A DNA stretch of 64,000 nucleotides from Leucoraja erinacea (taxonomy: Eukaryota): the NCBI RefSeq assembly GCF_028641065.1, contig NC_073393.1:20088001-20152000 (forward strand), written 5' to 3'. Positions 1 to 12,900 of the stretch are shown here, piece after piece; within the stretch, counting starts at the first letter, position 1, and each line of letters starts with the position of its first letter. A program made the translations under genes and the position numbers. Under the pieces are notes generated by a model. That model had not been told where the DNA came from and searched no databases. It saw nothing but the letters and a program-made list of their open reading frames with translations.

Positions 1-892
1 ATTATTGCGTAATCCTCACTCGCGTACCGATGCGTGCAAAGAAGCAGTTTCTCGCCTATCTTTAATATCACGCATTGGAAACAACGTAATGGAAACACAA
101 TATGTGCTTTCTAATTGTAGCTGTTACAACACAAATCGTATGATCGATGTTATAGGTCAATAGCATTGGCGCATTTGAAATGTATTCGTTCAGCGCACGG
201 TAAAAATTGTCATTGCAAAGCTCCTAATGATGTACATAAACATTTGAACATGTTTAATGGATGCGTTAGGTTTGTCCGATGGAGTATGAACGCTGAAGAA
301 GTTCCTATTTGAATGCGGGATATAACTCAGCAACGCGTGTCTTAAACTTTCCGAATATGCAGTGGCATTTTGTTTTATCATGTGTAAAGTCAGAAATACG
401 CGATAACAAAATTGGTCCATAAGAAACTGAAGATCCTGGTCCCAACCCGAAAAGTCCATCATTTACCTTCCACCGGTGTTGCCTGAAACGCCGTCCACCA
501 GAAGTTTGTCTCCCTTTTTTTCGTGCAGCAAAATTGATGTCTGTTTTTGTTTTATATATGTTTAACAAAGTATGTGTGTCCGTCCATGATCATTACTGTC
601 ATCCCTATTATCCATTGAGCTTGAAATGACGGTATTTTTTTCCTTTAGATATCCCTTTTTCTTGCATATCCATGTGCCTAACTAAAAGTTTCTTAAACAC
701 TATTATTACACTTTATTTGGCTTCACCACCACAACAGCAGCGTTCCAGCTACCCACCGCCCACTCTGTAAAACAATTGCCCGAAAAATGTCCAATAAACT
801 TTGCTCTTCTCCCATAAACCCCGCTCGTCTGACATTTCCAACCCTTGAAATAGGTCCTCACTCTCTACCCTATTTATGCTTCTTATACTTTC

Positions 893-3800
893 ATATAACC
901 ATATAACCATATAACAATTACAGCACGGAAACAGGCCATCCTGGCCCTAAAAGTCCGTGCCGAACAACTTTTTTCCCCCTTAGTCCCACCTGCCTGCACT
1001 CATACCATAACCCTCCATTCCTTTCTCATCCATATGCCTATCTAATTTATTTTTAAATGATACCAATGAACCTGCCTCCACCACTTCCACTGGAAGCTCA
1101 TTCCACACCGCTACCACTCTCTGAGTAAAGAAGTTCCCCCTCATATTACCCCTAAACTTCTGTCCCTTAATTCTAAAGTCATGTCCTCTTGTTTGAATCT
1201 TCCCTATTCTCAAAGGGAAAAGCTTGTCCACATCAACTCTGTCTATCCCTCTCATCATTTTAAAGACTTCTATCAAGTCCCCCCTTTACCTTCTGCGCTC
1301 CAGAGAATAAAGACCTAACTTATTCAACCTATCTCTGTAACTTAGTTGTTGAAACCCAGGCAACATTCTAGTAAATCTCCTCTGTACTCTCTCTATTTTG
1401 TTGACATCCTTCCTATAATTGGGCGACCAAAATTGTACACCATACTCCAGATTTGGTCTCACCAATGCCTTGTACAATTTTAACATTACATCCCAGCTTC
1501 TATACTCAATGCTCTGATTTATAAAGGCTAGCATACCAAAAGCTTTCTTTACCACCCTATCTATATGAGATTCCACCTTCAAGGAACTATGCACGGTTAT
1601 TCCCAGATCCCTCTGTTCAACTGTATTCTTCAATTCCCTACCATTTACCATGTACGTCCTATTTTGATTTGTCCTGCCAAGGTGTATCACCTCACATTTA
1701 TCAGCATTAAACTACATCTGCCATCTTTCAGCCCATTTTTCCAAATGGCCTAAATCACTCTGTAGACTTTGGAAATCCTCTTCATTATCCACAACACCCC
1801 CTATCTTGGTATCATCTGCATACTTACTAATCCAATTTACCACACCTTCATCCAGATCATTGATGTACATGACAAACAACAAAGGACCCAACACAGATCC
1901 CTGAGGCACCCCACTAGTCACCTGCCTCCAACCCGATAAACAGCCATCCACCATTGCCCTCTGGCTTCTCCCATTCAGCCACTGTTGAATCCATCTTGCT
2001 ATTCCTGCATTTATACCCAACAGTTGAACCTTCTTAACCAACCTTCCATGAGGAACCTTGTCAAAGGCCTTACTAAAGTCCATATAGACAACATCCACTG
2101 CTTTACCCTCATCAATTTCCCTAGTAACCTCTTCAAAAAATTCAAGAAGATTAGTCAAACATGACCTTCCAAGCACAAATCCATGTTGACTGTTCCTAAT
2201 CAGACCCTGTTTATCTAGATGCTTATATATATTATCTCTAAGTATCTTTTCCATTAATTTGCCCACCACTGAAGTCAAACAAACAGGTCTATAATTGCTA
2301 GGTTTACTCTTAGAACCCTTTTAAAACAATGGAACAACATGCGCAGTACGCCAATCCTCGGGGACTATTCCCGTTTCTAATGACATTTGAAATATTTCTG
2401 TCATAGCCCCGTCTATTTCTACACTAACTTCCCTCAATGTCCTAGGGAATATCCTGTCAGGACCTGGAGACTTATCCACTTTTATATTTTTCAAAAGTGT
2501 CAGTACTTCTTTTACTTTGAACCTCATAGTATCCATAGCTACTTTACTAGTTTCCATTACCTCACATAATTCAATATCATTCTCCTTGGTGAATACCGAA
2601 GAAAATAAATTGTTCAATATCTCCCCCATTTCTTTTGGCTCTGCAGATAACTGTCCACTCTGTCTCTCCAATGGACCAATTTTATCCCTCGTTATCGTTT
2701 TGCTATTAATATAGCTGTAGAAACCCTTTGGATTTACTTTCACCTTACTTGCCAAAGCAACCTCATATCTTCTTTTAGCTTTTCTAATTTATTTCTTAAG
2801 ATTCTTTTTACATTCCTTATACTCCTCAAGCACCTCATTTACTTCATGCTGCCTATAATTATTGTAGATCTCCCTCTTTTTCCGAACAAGATGTCCAATT
2901 TCCCTTGAAAACCATGGCTCTTTCCAATTTTTACTGTTTCCTTTCAACCGAACAGGAACATAAAGATTCTGTACTCTTAAAATTTCCCTTTTAAATGTCC
3001 TCCATTTCTCTTCTACATCTTTCCCATAAAACAAAATGTCCCAGTTCACTCCTTTTAAATTATCTCGCATCTCATCAAAGTTAGCCTTTCTCCAATCAAA
3101 AATCTCAACCCTAGGTCCAGTTCTGACCCTCTCCATAATTATATTGAAACTAATGGTATTGTGATCACTGGACCCGAAGTTCTCCCCAACGCATACCTCC
3201 GCCACCTGTCCCATCTCATTTCCTAACAGGAGGTCCAGCACTGCCCCTCCTCTAGTATGTACCTCTATGTATTGCTGCGAAAAAACTATCCTGCACACAT
3301 TTTACAAACTCCAACCCATCCAGCCCATTTACAGAATGTGTTTCCCAGTCTATGTGTGGAAAGTTGAAATCTCCCACAATCACTACCTTGTGCTTACTAC
3401 TAATATCTGCTATCTCCTTACATATTTGCTCTTCCAATTCTCGTTCCCTGTTTGGCGGTCTATAATACACCCCTATAAGTGTTGCTACACCTTTCCCACT
3501 TCTCAATTCCACCCAAATAGCCTTCCTAGATGAGCCCTCCAATCTATCCTGCCAAAGCACTGCTGTAATATCTTCCCTGACTAGCAATACAACACCTCCA
3601 CCTCTTGCCCCTCCAATTCTATCACATCTGAAGCAACGAAATCCTGGAATATTTAGTTTCCAATCACAGCCCTCCTGCAACCACGTTTCACTGATCGCCA
3701 CAACATCATACTTCCAGGTGTCTATCCAGACTCTAAGCTCATCCACTTTTCTTACAATGCTCCTAGCATTAAAATATGCACATTTAAGAAACCCCCCGTC

Positions 3801-4035
3801 TCTTATTCTCTGTTTATTTCCTTTTTTTTCTTTCTCCTCTTGTGTCCGAGTGCTTCCCTTTTCTGCTTCCTGCCTCCCATTCTGTCTACTAGCTTTCGCT
3901 ATTTGAGTCCCTCGCCCCAACCAATTTAGTTTAAAGTCTCCCCAGCAGCCTTTGCAAATTTCCCCGCTAGGATATTGGTCCCCCTCGGGTTCAAGTGCAA
4001 TCCATCCTTTCTGTACAGGTCCCACCTTCCCCAAA
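893..4035 (-). mobile_element. CR1-clade LINE, 5'-truncated, near-complete ORF2 (APE endonuclease + RT) broken by a few frameshifts/stops
   Basis: ORF track: endonuclease motifs (YFNARS, AISETWL, YYRPP, GDFN) at 3252-4076; RT motifs ([25 protein letters not shown]) at 1712-2278; CR1 C-terminal FFTQRVV..WN; short tandem tail (ccatataa)n at about 893-915. Confidence 0.95.
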
Positions 4036-4659
4036 TATACTATACTTCTGTTAGATCTTCCCTCAACCTTTGACATTCCAGAGAAAACAAGCCAAGTTTG
4101 TCCAATCTCTCCTTATATCTAATTCCCTCTAATCCGGCAACATTCAGATAAATTAGACAAAGTGCTGGAGTAACTCAGCTGGTCAGTCAGCTTCTTTTCT
4201 TTAGACTGAGTTCTGACCCGAAATGTCACCCATCCTTTCTCTCCAGAGATGTTGCCTGGCCCGCTAAATTACTCCAGCACGTTTTGTCTGTTTTAGGTTT
4301 AAATCAGCATGTGCAGTTTCTTTCCAAGCTTTAAGACAGACCTCTTCTGCACGCGTCCACATCCTTCCGGTAATGGGGTGACCATAGCTGCACACATTAT
4401 ATCAAAACTCCATTCGTCTCTGAGAATCTATTCTTTATTTGTGCACCATGCCTTTGTGAGACCTTTTCTATTAGTAATGACATACTTTCGGTTTGTGCTG
4501 ACCAGTTAAGAGGCAGTAGTAACTCCTCATCCGATAGGTCTATTTAAACAATAGACAATAGACAATAGGTGCAGGAGTAGGCCATTCGGCCCTTCGAGTT
4601 AACACCGCCATTCAGTGTGATCATGGCTGATCATGTTGATCATTTTAATTTGGAAGTAA

Positions 4660-4925
4660 AGCGCGGAAACATGGTCTTCGCCAACCGAGTCCGCAGCCAT
4701 TCCCGTACACGAACACGAACACACTAGGGACAATTTACAATGATACCAAGCCAATTAACGTACATTAATTTACAATGACATCAAGCAAATTAACCCGGCG
4801 ATCCCGGAGAAAATCCACGCACGGGGAGAACGTACAACCCCAGTACAGACAGCACCCGTAGTCAGGATCGAACCCGGATCCCTGGTGCTGTAAGGCAGAA
4901 ACACAACTGTTGCGCCACCGTCCCG
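4660..4925 (-). mobile_element. V-SINE (HE1-like, tRNA-derived) copy
   Basis: Minus strand reads GGTGGCGCAA..GGGTTCGATCC (pol III A/B-box-like) followed by core TTGTACGTTCTCCCCGTG. Confidence 0.75.
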
Positions 4926-6141
4926 CCCTATTAATGTCAACCTCATGGATCAGTAGAACACTGAGTGAAATACGAACAGATCCATTTAACGTGACGGAAA
5001 ACCACAAATCACAGTCATACAGCAAGAAATCAAACCCTTCGTCCAAACTAATACATGCGCACCAAGATGTCCCATCTACCTGTCCGCGTTTGTCCTTTAT
5101 CCCTCCAAACCATGCACATGTAAGCGTGTATTTTAAATGCTCATAGTATCTGCCTCTTACCGCTCAGATCACCGTACACAATCCTTCCTCGGACATTAAG
5201 CCATGTTATTAAACCCCAACGTTTCAACAGAAGAAAAATCTTCGATAATTAACTTATCGATGTCTATCATGACCTTACATGCTTCTATCGTGTCAACTAT
5301 CTGGGAAAGCACGCCAATACAATTGCCCCTTCAACCTCAACGGGCGGCATAGTGCCGGAACGGGAATAGTTGGTGTCTCACAGCGCCGGAGACCCCAGTT
5401 CGACCACCTCCCATATCCCAAAGTCTCGGGGGTCTGCACATTTATTGGCCTCTGTAAAAAAAAAAGCCTCGTATGTAGAGAGTGTTTGCGTTTTGGGATT
5501 GCACAGAACGAGTGTGGGCTGCTGAACGATGGTGGGATTGGACTCGGCGTGCCGAATGAGCCTGTTTCCACCTCCATCTGTAAAACTAAAACTAGATCTG
5601 TGTGCAGACGTTATTCCAGTGGCCTTTCCAGGATCAATCAATTTCAGTCTTCAGTGGTTACTCCCATAACACCAGGACTGTGAATGTTAACAGGAGAATG
5701 CATACTATTCGGTGCCAAATGAAAATCCACGGAGTGGGAACGAACATTTGCCTCAAACAGCTGATCTTTGAAGAATATTTATTGTCTGCTGAGAGGAAGT
5801 AGCATGGGAGCCGAGGGAGCAAAACATTATTCCTCAGCAGTGCTCTATCGAGAGTCTTTGCCGCCGAAACAGCTGCCGGGGCTCCTTGCATTAGCGATTC
5901 CAAGGCAGAGGAGTCGATAACTGAACTCCTTCCACTCTGAATCAATAATGTGCAGAGATATAAGAAAGCAGAAAATAATGATCAAGAGCGAGTAAGTTTA
6001 GAAATTTCGCCTCGATGAATGGGCGAGAGGAAGTTTCAAATGCCCTCTCGAACTATGAACTGGATCCTTCAAAATGAAGAGCAAGAGAAAAATACTGAAG
6101 GACGAAAGTAGTTTAGGCCAACTTAATCCAGACGAAATGTG

Positions 6142-6352
6142 TAAGGAGGAACTACAGATCCTGGATTAAACCGAAGTTACACACACAATGCTGGAGTAAC
6201 GAAGCGGGACAGGCAGCATGTTTGGAGAAAAGGAATGGGTGGCGTTTCGGGTCTAGTCTGAAGAAGAGACTCGACCCAAAATGTCACCCATTCCTTCTCT
6301 CCAGAAATGCTACCTGTCCCCCTGAGTTACTCCAGCATTTTATGGCTATCTT
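6142..6352. repeat. Penelope-related short repeat, two copies in inverted orientation
   Basis: TGCTGGAGTAAC..GTTTCGGGTC is mirrored by GACCCAAAATGTCACCC..GTTACTCCAGCA; the same unit flanks the GIY-YIG fragment at 27513-27640. Confidence 0.75.
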
Positions 6353-6364
6353 CACCTAGAAGAA

Positions 6365-6456
6365 GGTTCACAAAAAAGCTGGAGAAACTCAGCGGGTGCA
6401 GCAGCATCTGAGCGAAGGAAAAAGGCAACGTTTCGGGCCGAAACCCTTCTTCAGAC
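6365..6456 (-). mobile_element. 92-bp Penelope-related insertion with minimal hammerhead motif and 15-bp flanking direct repeat
   Basis: CTTCACCTAGAAGAA at 6350-6364 and 6457-6471; minus strand CTGAAGA-AGGGTTTCGGCCC-GAAAC-GTT. Confidence 0.75.
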
Positions 6457-6854
6457 CTTCACCTAGAAGAATATAGTTTCTTATTTTCCCCTCTTCGCTT
6501 GTGTCGTCTACCACAAGACCAGTCCTCCGTCACCTTTGCTACGCCTCCCCTTATATACCTTCAGCTTAATACGTTCAGAGAGTGTCCTGTTGGCGAGTCA
6601 TCGACAAGCATCACACCCTTCGCGCCCAATCAGGAGGTTGGTTTATATTCAACTGACATTTCCTGCTAAAATAGGTCACTTGGGCACAAATCCATTTTCC
6701 TCTGCAACTCACTTCCTTCGGTGGTTTAACTGCAGCAAGTTGGACGCTCAACATGAGAGCACGTCGTATCACGAACAAGACCTGACCTTTAGGGAACTGC
6801 TATCTCCAACGAAACAACGCCACAGTTTCTGGATAGACCTGATTCTGTTCTACA

Positions 6855-6900
6855 ATGTTAATCTATTTGTACCTTTGCGCGCTGTGGATTTTTTATGAAG
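6855..6900 (+). CDS. Ig receptor exon 1: signal peptide [15 protein letters not shown]
   Basis: Hydrophobic 46-nt leader exon, donor AAG|GTATT, 121-bp phase-1 intron as in Ig/TCR V genes. Confidence 0.8.
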
Positions 6901-9900
6901 GTATTCTTCCTAATACTTCAGCGTCGGGTTGGCCCGTTGATCATCCATGTAACTACATACGATTAAACTATTTATTGTATCTACATTATATTTCATCGCA
7001 ACATTTGTTTCTGTTTGACAGTGGCTCCAGCGACAATATCCCAGATCCCTAAAGCTAGCACGGTGATGGTGGGAACAGATATCACATTCGAATGCGTTAC
7101 CAGCGAGGTGCCGAACAAAGCAAGTCTGATTGTAAATTGGTGGAAACTTGGTGATGAAGGGCTATTACAACCAAGTTCCCATGGCAGAAAACAGGTTATT
7201 CCGTTGGAAAACGTAAGGAGTTTGCTCAAAATCTTTGATGTCCGTGTCGCCGACTCTGGGATATACTACTGTAATGTAGTTCAGCAAACAGATGAGATTG
7301 TGAAAGGAACCGGATCCAGGCTTGAGGTGCACGGTGAGAGGACTGCAGTGCGGTACATAAGTCAAACGAGCAGAATTAGTTCATTCCGCCCATCGACTCC
7401 GTTTCGGGGTTCCTGTTGAGCAAGGGCTACTCCGTAAAATGTCAATGGGCCAGGTCAACCTATCTTTAAATAATGTCAACAGTTCATCTCTATGTACTTC
7501 TTACAACATTTGAATAAGGAAAATGTTGCTATTTCTACCACTATGTTTGTAACGTCGGTCTGCCGTTGGTTGCTTAGATCATTCAGTTAGTGAACGGTAG
7601 ACGATAAGAACGCCTTTATATATATATATATTGTTGGTATATATATAATTGTACGATTCACGTAGCACAAGAGGAATCTGAAGGCCAACGGGCGGTGTTC
7701 GGTAGCAAAATGCCTTGTGATAATCTAGCACATAAAGTATCCCAGAAATCTATGGGAATATTGCTTGTATACCTCAAGGTAACTTACTGAGAATTGTTTA
7801 ATGTTACATCGAATAACTAGAGTGCGTAGAGTAAGGCTAACTACCAGCGAACAGAAAAGCGGAATGAGTTGCTGGTGAAGTGCTATTCTCTGTGTAGACT
7901 TAATCAGGCTAACAACCCGGTCGAATTGGTTTGATTTGAACAATGTAACATTAAAATCATCCAAATTATAGGCGAATTGTAGCTTGTTGGTTAAAAAAAA
8001 ATTCTTGATTACAAATAACCGGGGAGCCCGTCAGTATTCACCTGTCCAGTCTAATTTGAAGGACTAGATTCTAAACTGGACTGAAATGGTAATTCAGATA
8101 ATCATTTTTCTTCTTTCTCGCGTCCCACAGCTTCTCCAGAACCTGTCAGCCTTTCCACCAAAGCGCCGGAAACAAACTCGTCCAATCTCGTCCTCGTGTG
8201 CAAGACAGGAGAGTTTTACCCGGAGTCTCTCACCTTCATTTGGTATAAAAACGACACCAACATTGAGACTGGTATCAGCACTAGTAAAATCCTGAACTCA
8301 AACGGAACTTATGCAGCGTCCAGCAGCTTGCAAACATTGCAGCCGTCCGGCAGTAGCGCTTTGTACACCTGTCTGGTAACCCACCGCACACTTCAGAGTC
8401 CAGCTATGGCTATTTACGTTGATGCCAGTTTTAATCCGGGTAAGATGCTGGCGATGTTTCATGTGCTGACAATAGAGGACGCAATAAACAGCTTCACATT
8501 ATTTTCATTCCTATTGCTATGGGCATGTGAATTTTGTAGAATATCCACCAAAGATAGTCGTTCTGCGCCTGTTTCCAAAAATAAGATAAATGCCAATAAA
8601 ATCAATGACAAATGTGAATTACGTAAAAATGTCATCATAGAAACATAGAAACATAGAAAACAGGTGCAGGAGGAGGCCATTCGGCCCTTCGAGCCAGCAC
8701 CGCCATTCAATGTGATCATGACTGATCGCCCCCTATCAAAAACCCGTGTCTGCCTTCTCCCCATATCCCTTCACTCCACTAGCCCCTAGAGCTCTATCTA
8801 ACTCTCTCTTAAATCCATCCAGTAATTTGGCCTCCATTGCCCCCTGTGGAAGGGAATTCCATAAATTCACAACTCCCTGAGTGAAAAAGTTTTTTCTCAC
8901 CTCAGTCTTAAATGACCTCCCCTTTATTCTAACACTGTGGCCCCTGGTTCTGGACTCGCCCAACATTGGGAACATTTTTTCCTGCATCTAGCTTGTCCAG
9001 TCCTTTTATAATTTTATATGTTTCTATAAAATTTATTATATGTTTCTATAAAATCATCAATTCTATGATGCCGCACAGTGTGTTGCTGGTAGAGCTTCCG
9101 CCTCCCAGTTACAATCTGAAGACCCGAAGTGTCACCCATTCCTTCTCTCCAGAGATGTTGCCTGCCCCGCTGAGTTACTCCAGCATTTTCGTGCCTACCT
9201 GCCAGCTACAGTAGCCCGGGTTGAGTCAGTCTACATGACCAAATTAACCCACTTAGTGGAATTTGCGTTTTCCCTATAAATGCACGAGTTTGTTCCTAGA
9301 ACTCCCGTGGCCTCCGTGTCCCAAAGATGTGCCCGTTGGACGATTAATTTCTCTGTACATGTCTCCTGGTCTATAGGTTTGTATTGTAACCGGAAACAGG
9401 GGGAGTTAACGACAACATGGAGAGAGTAAACTGGGTTTGGTGGGAATGGGTGCATGGTGATGGATCCGGAAAAGATGAGCCGCAGGGTCTATTTCTAAAC
9501 TAGTTCACTCTATTAACTTGTTGGCCTGAAAAAGAGAGAGGCAAATACATATAAATCAATTTCTTCCCTCAATGAACTGTCTTCCGTGTTAAAACACTGC
9601 GGATTTGGGTCAGATCTTAAATCCGTTGTTACTTAGTGCGAGATATGGTCAGAAATTGGTATATATATTTTGTAAATCAAAAACGTCATTACCGTTGACT
9701 CAAATAAATTATAAAGATAATTGCTTGTTCGCATACTGAGCTCGAGTTGTATAGTGGTTCCAGCGAAATAAATATGAATAAAGTGAAACAATATTCATAA
9801 ATGTAATATTTTAAATGGCGAAGGATAACAGTTTGCGTCCGTGATTTTGTTGTGCATAGTCGGAAAGTGCACATCACACCACAAAAAAACGAGCTTATAA

Positions 9901-12900
9901 AATTTGTTGCATAAGCTGCGTACAACATCAATGATAATTATTCCAAAGATGATTAATGCTGATGATTATTCTCGTAGCCAAAGAAAAACCACAGCTGTTC
10001 CTCGTGATTTTTGGATGCACATTGAGCGTATTGGTTTGCCTTACCGTCATAGTTCTCAGTCGGAGAAAATGCCAATTCCGTAAACAGGAAGGTAAGGAAG
10101 ATTCAGTGTAATTTCCTTCGGGTTCGTTTAAAGAATAGAGGGAAACAGCGGGCGGCACGGTGGCACAGCTTTAGAGTTGCTGCTGTACAGTGCCAGAGAC
10201 CCGGGTGCGATCTTGACTATGGGTTGTGTCTGTACGGAGTTTGTACATTCTCCTAGTGACTTGCGTGCATTTACTCCGGGAGCTCCGGTTTCCCCCACAC
10301 TCCAAAGACGTACAGGTTTGTAGTCTAATCGCCTTAGTATAATTGTAAATTGTCCCTGGAGTGTGTAGGATAGTGTTAGTTTGCGGGTTTGCACTGTATT
10401 ACTAGTGTATCTGTTTCTGCACTGTATTACTAGTGTAAACTAAACTAAGTTGGGGAAAAACGAAGGCCAACGTTACATCTGTCATAATTACTCAATTAAT
10501 CGATTAGTGGATACCCACGTAGAGAGTGTTTAATATTGTTTTATTTATTACAATTGTTAAACTAAGTCAGGTTAAATTCAAATCTTACAGATGTCATGTT
10601 TCTTTTATTTTAAACCCACGACTCCCAAGGGGTTACGGCAGTAGATATTTCGCAGTATATGTTCACAATCGTATTATGGTGATAATGTAGTTTGAGAACG
10701 CTCTTCAAATACCTTCCCTCCGTGGATTTTACGTCATAACTGCTTCCGAGGACAGTTCGCTGCAACTTTTGTACTCTTCCTACTGAACTCTTGCAAATTG
10801 GATTGGAAGATTGGATTGGATACATATAAATGACCTGGATATAAATGCAGATTGGTTGTTGAGTAGGTTTATTGACGACGCCAACATTGAAGGAAATGCT
10901 GACAGTGAGGAAAGCAGTCAGATGATATAGCGGGATATGGACCAGTTGCATAAACCGGCGAAGAAATGACAGATGGGGATTAACCAGTGCAAAAATTAAA
11001 ATGTACTTCGGGGGTTGAATGTAAGGGGAAAGTATACAGTTTATGGCAAGACACTTAACATTGATGTGCAGGGGTATCTTAGAGTCCATCTTCATTGCTC
11101 ACTGGACGCAGCAACACAGGTAGATGGGGTGGTAAAGAAGGCGAATAGTATGCTTACCTTCAGTATTAGCGGCGCTTAATACAAGTCAATACGTCATTAT
11201 GCAGCTACATAGAAACATAGAAACATAGAAATTAGGTGCAGGAGTATGCCATTCGGCCCTTCGAGCCTGCACCGCCATTCAATATGATCATGGCTGATCA
11301 TCCAACTCAGTATCCCGTACCTGCCTTCTCTCCATACCCCCTGATCCCCTTAGCCACAAGGGCCACATCTAACTCCCTCTTAAATATAGCCAATGAACTG
11401 GCCTCAACTACCCTCTGTGGCAGAGAGTTCCAGAGATTCACCACACTCTGTGTGAATCTCGGGAAAAAAGTTCTTCTCATCTCAGTTTTAAAGGATTTCC
11501 CCCTTATCCTTAAGCTGTGGCCCCTTGTCCTGGACTTCCCTAACATCGGGAACAATCTTCCTGCATCTAGCCTGTCCAACCCCTTAAGAATTTTGTAAGT
11601 TTCTATAAGATCCCCTCTCAATCTCCTAAATTCTAGAGAGTATAAACCAAGTCTATCCGGTCTTTCTTCATAAGACAGTCCTGACTTTGGTCATGCCGTA
11701 TTTTAGTATCGCATGGAGATGGGAAATGTTCTTAGTTACGAGTTCAAATATGGGCCCGTGTTTCGATTTCTACTACAATTGCATGTCTTCTTCTAAACTT
11801 CAGTTAGCACTCAACTGCTTAAAAAGCTACATTATTTCTGGGGGGTGGGCGTTTAATGGGGATGTGCGGGCAACGTTTTTACGCAGAGAGTAGTGGGGGC
11901 CTGGAACACATTGGCAAATGTCCTGGCAACATCTTCGTAAATATCTCTGCACCCTTTCCAACTGCAATAATCCTTTTAAAACTAATAAAATACCATATGA
12001 AGGAAATGCATGCCCATTCGAAAAGATGGACTGCTTCAAAAATCTACACAATTCTTTAGAAAGTCATCAGGTGCTTACGAACAAGACCTGATTCTGCAAT
12101 TCTGTTCGCCCAATACTTGTCACAGTTATTCCAAATCTAATGTCAACAAGCTAACGCCCAATTGTTGCAACATTAACCTGATCACGTTTTTACGCCTTCG
12201 AATACAACAGGAGAAGCATTTCCCTACCAACATTCATCAATATAATCTTTCGTAACGATTTTAGTATTCATTTGAGCGATTGAAATATGTGAAACAAACA
12301 CGGAGCCAAATGCGGTTTTCTCCTGAACCGCGAATGGAATATTCCTTCTTCCTACTGTTTTGCGAACCATTTGGGCGACTCTACGCGGTTGTGAGCTAAC
12401 TACAAAATCCGTTGATTTTATAGATCATTAAGGAGGAGGTTGAATATACGCCAGTACACCATCGTAAATGGCGCAAAAGATAAGAACGAAAGTGGTGTGA
12501 ATAACCTCTAGATATCCACTTGAAACAATGACCAATGATGCAGCAGGACAAATAAATAATTGGATGAGCTGGAGACTACATTAACCTGAACCACACGAAC
12601 TGCCATCTGTTAATAAAAATGTCAATGTGGCAATTCTGACAACTTCAAATTAAAGCGGATCATTATTTCTTGCTCATTGCACACGCGCGTGTGTGTGTGG
12701 CTCTGTGTGTGTGTGCTCGCTTGTGTGTGCGTGTGTATTAGAGTGTGTGTACGTGTGTGTGTGTGTTTGTGTGTGTTTGTGCGTGTGTGTGCGTGCGTGT
12801 GTATGTGCGTGCGTGTGTACGCGTGCGCGTGTGTATACGTGCGTGTGTAAACGTATATNNNNNNNNNNNNNNNNNNNNNNNNNNNNNNNNNNNNNNNNNN

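Noticed and set aside
190-568. Minus-strand ORFs at the window start
   Set aside because: No recognisable domain or convincing splice pair
9074-9080. CACAGTG heptamer within the Ig-like gene (possible RSS)
   Set aside because: Lies in the C1-TM intron with no nonamer at 12 or 23 bp; the V exon is already joined
10150-10220. tRNA gene
   Set aside because: tRNA-like head of a V-SINE, continuing into the SINE core; no full cloverleaf
12060-12070. 11-nt micro-exon that would link the TM exon to the ITIM exon in frame
   Set aside because: Weak donor (gtgctt); no independent support
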